DNA of 56,213 nt from a virus (Duplodnaviria; Caudoviricetes). Numbering within the stretch: position 1 is the stretch's first letter; the number at the start of each line of letters is the position of its first letter. The notes beneath the pieces are model-generated. The model ran no database searches. It was not told the origin of the DNA and saw only the letters and a list, made by a program, of their open reading frames with translations. The translations under genes and the position numbers were made by a program. This document shows positions 26,691 to 35,784 of this stretch, one piece after another. The stretch lies in IMG/VR virus record IMGVR_UViG_3300044980_000094, positions 1-56,213 of that record. One strand, written 5' to 3'.

Positions 26691-27758
26691 TTAGGTCTCC
26701 TGGAGATTTAGTTTGAGCAACTCCCCATCAGGCATTGCCCCAAGCCTACGAGCCAGGACTCCAAGTCGTGGTCCGTCAGCCCGAATGCCGGCTCGGAAGA
26801 ACAATTCGTGGACTCCACGAGAACGCAGCAGTTCAGCCGCTGCCCGTTGCAAGCGGAGGCCCAGTCCAGGCCAATCCGGAGAAGCATAAAAAGCCGTATG
26901 GATGGCAGTGGATATACGCTCAGATTCCAGCGACGGTGCGATTATGGTGAGCAGATAGCCAAACATCCGACCATTAGACCTAGCAGTCAAGACCTGTAAG
27001 GCACCAGTGGCCTCCAAGGCACGGTGCAGTGGGATGTTTTTCTCCAAATAGGAATCTGGGAGTTCGCCGATCCGAGCCGAGTGTGCAGCAAATAATCTAG
27101 TTCCGTCAAGGAGGAATTGGTCAAGAGATTCGGTTTCGATGGTGAGATCGCAAGCTTGTCGCTGCGCTCGTGCCATTAGCATTCCTAAGGAGACCTGCTT
27201 AGCATTGAGACATAGCAATTCCAGCTGCTTACGAAATGCCTCCATATATCGCATAAGGGCCGAAACTGAGCATTGGAGATTCTGCAGGGCCAATAGCCGA
27301 TACCAATCAGGATCGTGCTGGTATGGCAAACAGTGAGTAAATAGCCGAGCGCATCCAGCCTCGGAGGCTAGGTCGGCATAGTTGATCAGCAGTGCATTCG
27401 GAACCCGCCTAGCAATTTGCACTAACTTGGAGTCCAGCCGCAGTAATTGGCCGCGCAGAGTTGGGCTGGGCATTACTCCAACTCGTTCCAAACTGTCCAT
27501 GACCTCTTCAACTGGCCTACGCACAATCGCAACTCGAACATCGGGTCGATATTGGACCAGCAATCGCCACCACGCCGCTGTCCCGGTTTCGCAGCTTCCA
27601 GTATAGTCCTGCTTCAGCCAGCATTTTGCATCATTTAGGCTCCGAAAATGTCTCGAGACGTCATGGGAACAATTCCAGTCCCCATAGGATAGGAAATTCG
27701 AGAGCCAATACGAGCGACTTCGGGGCAACGAAAATACAACGAACGGGCTTTGGGTCAT
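26691..27758 (-). CDS. Sulfotransferase-like P-loop domain fused to GNAT acetyltransferase-like domain
   Basis: VVFSLPRSRSYWLSNFL, VRRP..EV..S, INY.DL; C-terminal GY....FY.SP...GLG..L...A....RGV. Confidence 0.7.
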   Translation of the reverse strand: MTQSPFVVFSLPRSRSYWLSNFLSYGDWNCSHDVSRHFRSLNDAKCWLKQDYTGSCETGTAAWWRLLVQYRPDVRVAIVRRPVEEVMDSLERVGVMPSPTLRGQLLRLDSKLVQIARRVPNALLINYADLASEAGCARLFTHCLPYQHDPDWYRLLALQNLQCSVSALMRYMEAFRKQLELLCLNAKQVSLGMLMARAQRQACDLTIETESLDQFLLDGTRLFAAHSARIGELPDSYLEKNIPLHRALEATGALQVLTARSNGRMFGYLLTIIAPSLESERISTAIHTAFYASPDWPGLGLRLQRAAAELLRSRGVHELFFRAGIRADGPRLGVLARRLGAMPDGELLKLNLQET

Positions 27759-28234
27759 GCGCTTGGCAGCCAAACTACACTCGCGGGTGGGCTATTGAAC
27801 ACCAACTGGACCTCGTCCCCGGCCATCAGCGGCACACAGCCGCCGGTGGCGCCTACGGCGAAGGACTGGCCGTTGCGGGTGATGCTCATAGTGCCAGAAT
27901 TGGCGACAAAAGTCCCAGCACTGCCAGCGGTGAAAGTGAACGGGCTAACAGTTGGGGTCAGTAGGGCCGGACTTTGGCCCTGGCTGCTGGCTGTCAGAAC
28001 AGTCCCGAGCAAAACCTGCCCCGAGCCTTGGACCAAAAACGCCACCAGCGAGTCCAAAGTGCCTTGGACAAAAATAACCGCACTGGAAATGGGAATCGAC
28101 GCGCCCCCGGTGCGGTTCCATAGGTTGACCAAAAATCTAAACCAAGGCAGTGTAATATGGCCGCTAAGGCCATCGACCAGCGGCGCTGTCGGCAGCGGCA
28201 TAATGGGCTGGTTGTTGTTCGGCTGCGCTGGCAT
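27755..28234 (-). CDS. Putative tail protein (gp26 position)
   Basis: P...PLVD...G.IT.PW.RF N-terminus directly after gp10-like gene. Confidence 0.6.
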   Translation of the reverse strand: MPAQPNNNQPIMPLPTAPLVDGLSGHITLPWFRFLVNLWNRTGGASIPISSAVIFVQGTLDSLVAFLVQGSGQVLLGTVLTASSQGQSPALLTPTVSPFTFTAGSAGTFVANSGTMSITRNGQSFAVGATGGCVPLMAGDEVQLVFNSPPASVVWLPSA

Positions 28235-28235
28235 G

Positions 28236-29750
28236 TTAGTTATTTCCAACCTCGGCGTCGATCCAGCCACCATTCAACGCCGCCTGCCCGGCAAAGGAAT
28301 AATTGAGTTCCAGCACTGGGAACCGGCCCAGATTCATAGGCGCAAACTTTGGCTGAGTAGAATACTCGCCGATTTCGCCCGTTGACTGCATTTGGTAATT
28401 GCCGAATGTTTTGCCGTGATCGAGTGAGACCCGGAGCCCAACCTGTGGCGGCAGACCGTTAGTGTCTACCGGCCCGTTTCCGCACTCGATGTCAGCGACG
28501 AACTTAGTCAGGCGCAGATTGCGGCCGTCGCTGAGCACCGGCTGGCCCTGGGACATGCCGGATTGGATCTTGGGAAATGTCCTCGTGTAGTTGATCGGCC
28601 CTGAAACGCCATTGATAACATCATCGGTGAAATGGTCGGGATCGAGCGCATACAGCTGGCCATTCTGCCAGTCACCGACCAGAATTTCCCCATTGACATA
28701 CATCCTACACTGGGCACGTTCTCGGTGCAGAGCCCCACTAGGATCTGTCCATCCCCTTTGATGCCAGCCATTCATGGGGTCATTGATACTCAAATCATAG
28801 ACCCAAGTCTGGTCTCCGGACTGAAACGTGATAACATAAAAAGCATGGCCCTCTTGGGTATATGTGTATGCTATCGCGTCGGACAAATCCGCCCCTTTGC
28901 GCTTCATCTGGTTAATGGCATAACTTAGCGCATAATTGCTGATAATATCAGTCACATAGCCCCGTTGGCGGACGATAAAGTTCTGACCCTGAAGGGTCTG
29001 ACTCAGCCAGACCACGTTGGTGTCAAATGCTGCGACGGAGTTTATCGCCAGACATCCATGCTCGATATACGCCCCTGGCAACAGCGCAAATGGAAAGTTC
29101 TGGTTCCCGGCGTCATACCAAAGTTCGGACTTATATTTGCCAATCAGCAGAATATTGCGCATATTGACCCAAAGGGTCTGCAGGTTGTCTGGATACCCGA
29201 CCTTGGCGGCAAAGAACAGGTTGTTGAATTGCAGATTGCCCGAAATGCTCGACCCGAACAGGTTAGAGTTCAGAAACGGCCAGAGCACAAATGTGTCCAG
29301 GATGTCTACTCGCTTGGCGCCAGTAAATGTCCCAGTTGGGTCGATGAGTATAGTAAAGGCCCCGGAGGCTAGGGAAACCCTATAGCTCGTTGGAGTTCCA
29401 TCGACAAGCCACAGGTCAATGCCGTTGTCGATCATGCTCACTGCGCCTGTGGAAGTGCCCAACTGGCCGATGGCAGTCCATGTCGCATTGCTGCTTTGGC
29501 TGCCCTGATAGAGCATATTCCCTGCGACGTAAAAACCAACGCCATTGGAGGCACAATAGGCGCCACGGGCAGGAACTGCACTCGCAGGGGTCCATTTGAG
29601 TCGCAGCCCTGGCCGCTGATAATGCGTCATGACTTTGGGCAGCGGCCCGTCGGATCGGTTGCTTTCAGGGAATAGATTCACGCACTTCTGCGCATTCGCG
29701 ATCGGACTCCGAGCACTATAGGCACCACCAACGAGTTCCATCCGGCTCAT
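28236..29750 (-). CDS. Packaged-DNA stabilisation / tail nozzle protein, P22 gp10-like
   Basis: CVNLFPE, RPGL, IEHGC, YTQEGH.FYV.TF...TWVYD...WH. Confidence 0.88.
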   Translation of the reverse strand: MSRMELVGGAYSARSPIANAQKCVNLFPESNRSDGPLPKVMTHYQRPGLRLKWTPASAVPARGAYCASNGVGFYVAGNMLYQGSQSSNATWTAIGQLGTSTGAVSMIDNGIDLWLVDGTPTSYRVSLASGAFTILIDPTGTFTGAKRVDILDTFVLWPFLNSNLFGSSISGNLQFNNLFFAAKVGYPDNLQTLWVNMRNILLIGKYKSELWYDAGNQNFPFALLPGAYIEHGCLAINSVAAFDTNVVWLSQTLQGQNFIVRQRGYVTDIISNYALSYAINQMKRKGADLSDAIAYTYTQEGHAFYVITFQSGDQTWVYDLSINDPMNGWHQRGWTDPSGALHRERAQCRMYVNGEILVGDWQNGQLYALDPDHFTDDVINGVSGPINYTRTFPKIQSGMSQGQPVLSDGRNLRLTKFVADIECGNGPVDTNGLPPQVGLRVSLDHGKTFGNYQMQSTGEIGEYSTQPKFAPMNLGRFPVLELNYSFAGQAALNGGWIDAEVGNN

Positions 29751-29764
29751 AGCATTTGCCCAAT

Positions 29765-30217
29765 TCAGCCTGGAGCAGTCTGCTTCCAAATCCCATTCGT
29801 GTAGCAAAGAAAAAAGCAAGTATTCTGCGTCGCTAGAGCGACAGAGCCACTGGCCGCAGTCCCTGGCGTGACGGAATTGAAGGGCACAATCTGGTCGCCA
29901 GCACTAGCGACATTGTTGGGATTGGTTTGGGCTGGGAATATATTAGCCGAGTTCGTGCCGAGGTTAGTCACATCGACCTCGAGGCCCGCGATGGCCTGCG
30001 GAAGCACACAGGAGTCCCCAGTCGTGGCGACGGTCTTGATGGCATTGAGGCCAGGGGCCAGCGCAGTCGCCCCGGGTCCGCCGCCACCGGCAAGGGCCAC
30101 GAGGCCACTCTGCGAGCCAAGAGTGAGCTTGGCCAATTGCAGTAGCTCACCACCATCGATGAGCCTCGGACCAGGGAGGAACGACGCAAAGAGCGAGAAT
30201 AGAGATTGGATTGCCAT
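29765..30217 (-). CDS. Putative minor structural protein
   Basis: AGGAG RBS; beta-rich, VATTGDSCVLP. Confidence 0.65.
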   Translation of the reverse strand: MAIQSLFSLFASFLPGPRLIDGGELLQLAKLTLGSQSGLVALAGGGGPGATALAPGLNAIKTVATTGDSCVLPQAIAGLEVDVTNLGTNSANIFPAQTNPNNVASAGDQIVPFNSVTPGTAASGSVALATQNTCFFLCYTNGIWKQTAPG

Positions 30218-30426
30218 TCAAAGTCTCCTAGTGTTGGAATTTTTGTATTTGACAGCTTGGTTGAGAGGAGTAATAATTGCCGGCAAGTTGCGCTCTATAT
30301 CCTCCACAAGCCAGCTATCAATACAGAAGTGAATCTCATGAACCGGCTCCCCGCGTCTTTCAATGTCCCCCACGGCCCGCGACGAATTTCGTCCAGATTG
30401 GTAAGTCAGTCACCAGTTCGGCCATT

Positions 30427-31239
30427 TTAGTAGTTCTCGTCCGAGTAGATATTATACAGCCCCCCACGCGACAGACCCGGCGGCAATTCCATCAGTGGAA
30501 TATTGGTATTGCCCTTGCGAAGAGTCAGCAGTGTCGATTTGGCCATCTGCGGCAGCATGTCGCCCGGAAATGTGCCAAGGCCGTATTTGGGCCTGAGCCG
30601 CAGGCCCAAATTTGCCACAATAGCAGCGTAATACTCGAATGGCAGATTAATCACACTGGCCAGAGAGGCAAAAGAACTCGGCAGTTGCTCTCGAACCGTA
30701 ATGCCTACGCTGTAAATGGCCTGACTCGGCACCGGCCACGGATACAGCAGCCCCAGCGGCCATGCCGGGTCATAAAACGCCAAGAGCGAGAACGACTGTA
30801 GAGTCTTATATGCAATGCGGTTATAATCCGCAAGTGTCGGCAGAATACGCAGAGGGTAATCAATCGGCCCGACATTTGGTCCCCCGCCAAGTATTTGCTG
30901 TCGAAAGAATGCCGACTCGATCCGATTAGGCCGACTCGTGAGTCCCACTTGGCCGATACTAATGTCCGGGGCCAGTATTGGCCCATTCGGAGGAATTTTC
31001 CCCGTCGGGCCAATGCTGTAGCTGACCTGTCCCGTCGCAGGGCCACTGAGATAAGTGACCAGATGATAGATCAAATAACTCTCGCGTTCCCACTCCTGCA
31101 GCATCCACTGGCCACGAATTGACGCATCACTGATGTCCTCAGCCCCAGGACTCTGGCCAGTACCAATGGCGCCAGAGTCCTTAAGAGCCTGTTTGCACAG
31201 GTCTCCCCAGGTGGTTTGCAGGGGCTGTAGAGCAGACAT
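30427..31239 (-). CDS. Head-to-tail adaptor, P22 gp4-like
   Basis: T..DL...AL...G..G.GQ, ML..W, WPVP, LP.EY..A...NL...L.P.YG. Confidence 0.8.
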   Translation of the reverse strand: MSALQPLQTTWGDLCKQALKDSGAIGTGQSPGAEDISDASIRGQWMLQEWERESYLIYHLVTYLSGPATGQVSYSIGPTGKIPPNGPILAPDISIGQVGLTSRPNRIESAFFRQQILGGGPNVGPIDYPLRILPTLADYNRIAYKTLQSFSLLAFYDPAWPLGLLYPWPVPSQAIYSVGITVREQLPSSFASLASVINLPFEYYAAIVANLGLRLRPKYGLGTFPGDMLPQMAKSTLLTLRKGNTNIPLMELPPGLSRGGLYNIYSDENY

Positions 31240-31242
31240 GGG

Positions 31243-31779
31243 CTATAGCCCAGCTCGACGAGTCTGGAGCCCAAGCCCTTTAACGACCTCCTGGGCCTTT
31301 TCGATCGCCTCCGCACTAGCGCCAGTGGCTTGGATCGCAGCCATTTCAGCATTCTGTCTCTGTGATTCTGCCAACTGCTGCTGCAGGACGGCCATCTTGT
31401 CTTCGAGGATTTCAACCTGAGTCGAACTTGCCATGGGAGGCGGAGTTTTGCCGGCAGCCGCAATGGCCTTGGCAGGATGATCGTGCCAGCCAGCAGTTCT
31501 TAGGCGTTTCTCATCTGCGGGGTTATCGGCCTGCTCCCAGATCAATTCCTTCTGCTCTCCGCTCTTGACGGGGCCAAAAGAGGTCATCTCCATTTGCGCC
31601 GCAACGATGACCCGTTCGGCTCCTTGGGGATGATACAAGAGCTTGGGATATTCTGCCTTAACATAGATCGAATTGCGGGTCTGCATATCGATCGAGTCAA
31701 CATTGGCCGGGTTGGCTAGGAAGACTCCCTTATCCTCCATGACATCATAGATCGTATGGCGGCGCTTGACTTGAGGCAT
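31243..31779 (-). CDS. Hypothetical protein with YPK..YH...GW.D.P domain
   Basis: EYPKLLYH...AGWHDHP. Confidence 0.72.
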   Translation of the reverse strand: MPQVKRRHTIYDVMEDKGVFLANPANVDSIDMQTRNSIYVKAEYPKLLYHPQGAERVIVAAQMEMTSFGPVKSGEQKELIWEQADNPADEKRLRTAGWHDHPAKAIAAAGKTPPPMASSTQVEILEDKMAVLQQQLAESQRQNAEMAAIQATGASAEAIEKAQEVVKGLGLQTRRAGL

Positions 31780-31791
31780 TGAGGAGGCTCC

Positions 31792-32319
31792 TTACTGGCT
31801 ACTGCTGGACTGGACTAGATCGCCCTCAGGGCTGCGAGTCAGACGATTAGCGTCAAACTCGACAATGGGTGGGGCAGCCTGATCTGTTACCAGAGTAACC
31901 CATTCTGGCCGGGGCAGCCGATCCGGCACCATTGGCGTATCCCGCCAGCCAGGGCCGAGCTTACTCGCCTCCTCGGACGAGTCCACGACCGTAGCCCCGA
32001 GCCCGTCGTGATACATCATCTTGGGCCACTCGCTGATAGCTGCCATAACCGCTAGCGTCGGCATGAAATTGTGCCCAAGCCGACTCAATGCGGCAAATGC
32101 TACCTCGAGTCCATCCAAGGCCGCATGTGCCTCGTGCCAGCGCTGTGTGTATGGCTGATGCTGTGAGAGAACAATTTCGCGCAGGGCAGCCATGGGCTGA
32201 GCTTTTGCAGCAGTGGCAGTGGCCAGGGCCTGAGCCTTATTAGCCTCAGCCCTAGCCTCTGCTGTCTCACGAGTCTGCGCCAACTGCTCGTCCAGTGTCA
32301 AATTCTCATCCGAGTCCAT
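31792..32319 (-). CDS. Hypothetical protein with WPK..YH...GW.D.P domain
   Basis: EWPKMMYH...PGWRDTP; AAGG RBS. Confidence 0.68.
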   Translation of the reverse strand: MDSDENLTLDEQLAQTRETAEARAEANKAQALATATAAKAQPMAALREIVLSQHQPYTQRWHEAHAALDGLEVAFAALSRLGHNFMPTLAVMAAISEWPKMMYHDGLGATVVDSSEEASKLGPGWRDTPMVPDRLPRPEWVTLVTDQAAPPIVEFDANRLTRSPEGDLVQSSSSQ

Positions 32320-32345
32320 TTGGTTTCCTTTCACAATGCAATGCC

Positions 32346-33569
32346 TCACAGCTGGTCCGCTACCACGCAAGCCCATTCTGGCCTAACCCAGAGATAGCCA
32401 TATAGAATATCCAGTCGAGTTGCCATCTGGTCCGTCGCAATAATGTATTGCGTAACCATGCGCATTGAGCAGCCATCGAATTCCTCCCTCGCCCCCTCGT
32501 GGATACCCATCGGGATTTCCATATCTGCGATAGCCATCGTGACTGCCTCAGGCGCATAGGCGAAGTTCTTCCTATACACACTGCCCGCCGCGAGCCCGTT
32601 GGTCGGATTAACCGCAGCGCCATTGGCGGGACTTGCTGTCACGGTCTGGTACTGCACCGGCTGTCCGCCCTGCGGCGGCACAATGGCGGGGTAAATCGGA
32701 ATACTCGTCGCATTCGCGGCCACATTGGCTGTGACTGCGAACTGTTCCAGCTCTCCCGTCGATTGCTTGGTGATTCGGTTGACCTTGAACACCCCAGCGA
32801 TGGTGATAATATCGCCTTGAATAAGGCTTCCTGCAAGGGCATTGACGGCCAGATTGAGCCCAGTCTGGTTCGCCCCAGCGACAGTTGCGCTGCCCTGGGC
32901 CAAAGTGCCATTCGTGTGGACAATAGCAGTCTGGTCGGACATCCAGAGAAACTGCAAAGCGTCATACATCTTTCCAGTTACGAATTGGCGCGAGATCTCA
33001 GCATTCGGGTTGAGCAGACCACTTAGGCTCGCAACAACTCGAGCCTGTGTCCTTGGCCCATTGACAATCTTGCGATTGGCAATCGGAGCCGAGTTGAGAT
33101 CCAAACTCGCCCCAGCATTGAGATACGTCCCTGCAACAGGACTGAGTATGTTGCCATTCGCGTCCTGATTGGCTACGAAGTTGCAGATACCGCCCTCGGC
33201 CCCAGACATGATATTGATAGCCACGGCTCCGGCCAGGCTATTGACCATCGGCGCCAGCACGCGGCGAGAGTAATCATCGAGGCTCATAGTCCGATCGACA
33301 GTCGTGAATGACACATCGACATGCTGCTGAGTAGCCAGTGTGAGCGTTGTGGACTGTTCGATAGTGTCTTGGACACTCAGCGCTGGCCCAGTCACGACCG
33401 TATAGTCGTTGGGCAGACGGATTCTGATCGCCGTGCCAGCCTTGGCCCCGCCGACTGCAAATGAATCATCATACTGCATATCGACATTCTGCATGAATGC
33501 GTTCGAGTTCTTCCACAATCTGACAGCTTCCCGCGTGATCAGATTGAGGGTAAGGATAGAATTAGCCAT
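32346..33569 (-). CDS. Major capsid protein, P22 gp5 family
   Basis: MAN..LT...IT.EA.....NS, K.G...RIR.P, GD..TIAGV..VN, RLD.LYG....RPEWA. Confidence 0.95.
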   Translation of the reverse strand: MANSILTLNLITREAVRLWKNSNAFMQNVDMQYDDSFAVGGAKAGTAIRIRLPNDYTVVTGPALSVQDTIEQSTTLTLATQQHVDVSFTTVDRTMSLDDYSRRVLAPMVNSLAGAVAINIMSGAEGGICNFVANQDANGNILSPVAGTYLNAGASLDLNSAPIANRKIVNGPRTQARVVASLSGLLNPNAEISRQFVTGKMYDALQFLWMSDQTAIVHTNGTLAQGSATVAGANQTGLNLAVNALAGSLIQGDIITIAGVFKVNRITKQSTGELEQFAVTANVAANATSIPIYPAIVPPQGGQPVQYQTVTASPANGAAVNPTNGLAAGSVYRKNFAYAPEAVTMAIADMEIPMGIHEGAREEFDGCSMRMVTQYIIATDQMATRLDILYGYLWVRPEWACVVADQL

Positions 33570-33713
33570 TTGAATCTCCATTTGCGGGCCAGCTGCCCAG
33601 CGATGCCGAAATAATTCAAGCTGGACTAGGCTTGGAGATTACGTCCGACCAGGGCTTAGCCGCCCAGAGAAACAGAGCATTTGCGACCCGCTCAGAAGGT
33701 CCACTAATGGATC

Positions 33714-34529
33714 TCAGCCCCGCCTACGAGGTCGTTCCTTTTCCCAAGCCTCATCGACCTGCTGCTGGCGCCGCTCCATCCAGGTCCTAGTGGCCAATTT
33801 GCTGGCCCGATCTGGGTCTCTCGGATCGATAGCCTCGTGCTGGACGCCTCTAAGTGCCGGAATGGGCTTGGGGGCAGAACTCAAGGGCTTGGCCTCGTTG
33901 AGCCTCGAGGCGAGTTTGGCCAGTTCAATGCCTTGGCGGACTGGGCTAAGATCCATCAGCCTCGCGGCTTCGCTTGGATCTTGCGCCAGTTCGTAGAGGA
34001 TTTTCTCGCTCGCCCCAGTTTCCAGCGTAGCGGCGACGAGGGCCGAGTATTTGACTGGTTCCTCTTTTCCGCAGTCTTCCCAGAGCTGGGTGATCTTGGG
34101 CTGGAAGTCCTCGTAGAGGGCTTTGCCGCGCTGAACTGCTGCAAGGCAGTCAGCATCGAACTGGAGCTTTGCACTGCGTGCTGCAGCGGCCTCATCGACG
34201 GCTCGGCGAAACTCTGGTGTTTCGGTAGCCTGGGGAGTTGGGCCAGTCTTAGCGGCCAAAGTCTCCTCGAGTTGCTTGCGTTGTCCGGTCAGTTTGCCAA
34301 TGCGTGACTTCAAATGCGCATTCTCGCGCTCGATGCGCTCTGCGCTTGCGAGTCTGGCGGCAATTTCTTCTGGGCTCAGGGCCTTAGCAGCAGGCGCAGC
34401 CTCGGGGCCTGGTGCTGGCCCAGGCCCCGACTCACTCCCCGCGGGCTTTACATCGGCTTCGCCGGGGTTGAGCGCCTTTGGGCTCGGGGCTTCCTCACCA
34501 ACGCCACGTGTATCGACTGTGTCAGGCAT
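33714..34529 (-). CDS. Scaffolding protein
   Basis: Coiled coil, RI..LT, Y.LA..P.EA.R, S.AP.P; upstream of coat gene. Confidence 0.85.
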   Translation of the reverse strand: MPDTVDTRGVGEEAPSPKALNPGEADVKPAGSESGPGPAPGPEAAPAAKALSPEEIAARLASAERIERENAHLKSRIGKLTGQRKQLEETLAAKTGPTPQATETPEFRRAVDEAAAARSAKLQFDADCLAAVQRGKALYEDFQPKITQLWEDCGKEEPVKYSALVAATLETGASEKILYELAQDPSEAARLMDLSPVRQGIELAKLASRLNEAKPLSSAPKPIPALRGVQHEAIDPRDPDRASKLATRTWMERRQQQVDEAWEKERPRRRG

Positions 34530-34875
34530 TTAACTCTCTCCCTCGGCCAAGTTTTAGCGATCCGTCCAATATCAATGCCTCATGAATGCGCTGCTTAAAA
34601 GCGTCATCGTAGGGCAGCGAAAGCATCCCCGCAAGCGTGGCCCGCGCGCTTTGGACCATCGAGCCATAGTATTTGGCCACAAACGCATCTTCGAGCTGCT
34701 TCGCATTCGCCCCCGGATGCCTGCGCCGCCATTCACTGTAAGCCTCCGGGAACTTAGTCATCGTGATGTCATAGAGGTCGTGAGCCAGCTCTTGCGCTAG
34801 TTCTCTCACCATTGGATGGACATGCGCCTTGCGGCGGACAGTGCGGGGGCTAATCAAGTGTGGCTCCTGGCGCAC
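34522..34875 (-). CDS. Hypothetical protein
   Basis: Overlapping ORF in head operon. Confidence 0.68.
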   Translation of the reverse strand: MRQEPHLISPRTVRRKAHVHPMVRELAQELAHDLYDITMTKFPEAYSEWRRRHPGANAKQLEDAFVAKYYGSMVQSARATLAGMLSLPYDDAFKQRIHEALILDGSLKLGRGRELNA

Positions 34876-35752
34876 GCATTCTAGGCTCAGTCGCGTAGGG
34901 GTTATAGTCGATCGGAGTAAATTTGTGCTGCGGAAACATACTCAGCAGCATTGCTAGTTTGAACGCATTCGGATTGGCAGCAGTGCCAGGCATGGCAGCA
35001 ATCGACGCAGGAGCCGAGCTCCCATCTGGGCCATAGGCCATGCTTGGCACAGCACTGGCTGGCCCTATATTAGCCGCAACCGGATGTTGGGCCACAAACG
35101 GCTGCGCGACACTGCCAGGTGTCGATTGGCCGCTCTCGCTCGTCTCAGTCCCCTGATGCATGGGTTGGCCCGAGTTTGGGCTCCAATCTGCGTCCTGGAA
35201 ATGTGGCGGATCGCCAAAGTTAGCCCCAGGATACAAGCCATACTTTGGCGCATTTGCAATTAGCCATTGCTGGCCCTGTGGTGTGTTTGCGGCAAGATCG
35301 ATAGCTCGACCGTAATTGTGATAACTCTGTCCGGGCTTTGCCGCGATGCCGCCAGAGCCATCTTGTGGATATGGTATTGGTTGTCCAGCCTGTTTGGCTT
35401 GATAGTTCGCATATAGCCTGGACTGCAGATCCACGTCCCTATAGCCGCTCAGTAGGGTCGTGTCTACTCCAGCAGCCTTCGCCGCCTGTTGAAAAGCCTG
35501 CGCTTTGGAGGAGAACTGCGGATCAAGATTGGCAGTATTGGCATTTTTGGCAACATTGCTGAAGCCGTCGCGATTGGTTCCAATACCAGCAGGCGGCGTC
35601 GGGTTCCGTGCGTAACTCAACAGTCCCCGGTCAACGATGGGATTGCTCTGCGAACTGGCAGCAACGGGCGCCCCAGTGGCTCCGAGAGCATTAGGACTCG
35701 GAGGCATTGCGGCCCCACTACCAGCTGGGACTGTTGGCAATAGCAGATTCAT
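34850..35752 (-). CDS. M15-family zinc peptidase (peptidoglycan hydrolase) with disordered flanks
   Basis: SGYR...Q..LY, A.PG.S.HNYG.AIDL, DPPHFQ. Confidence 0.85.
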   Translation of the reverse strand: MNLLLPTVPAGSGAAMPPSPNALGATGAPVAASSQSNPIVDRGLLSYARNPTPPAGIGTNRDGFSNVAKNANTANLDPQFSSKAQAFQQAAKAAGVDTTLLSGYRDVDLQSRLYANYQAKQAGQPIPYPQDGSGGIAAKPGQSYHNYGRAIDLAANTPQGQQWLIANAPKYGLYPGANFGDPPHFQDADWSPNSGQPMHQGTETSESGQSTPGSVAQPFVAQHPVAANIGPASAVPSMAYGPDGSSAPASIAAMPGTAANPNAFKLAMLLSMFPQHKFTPIDYNPYATEPRMRAPGATLD

Positions 35753-35784
35753 CTAATGGCCCATTCCTGACATGTTTGGCTCCA

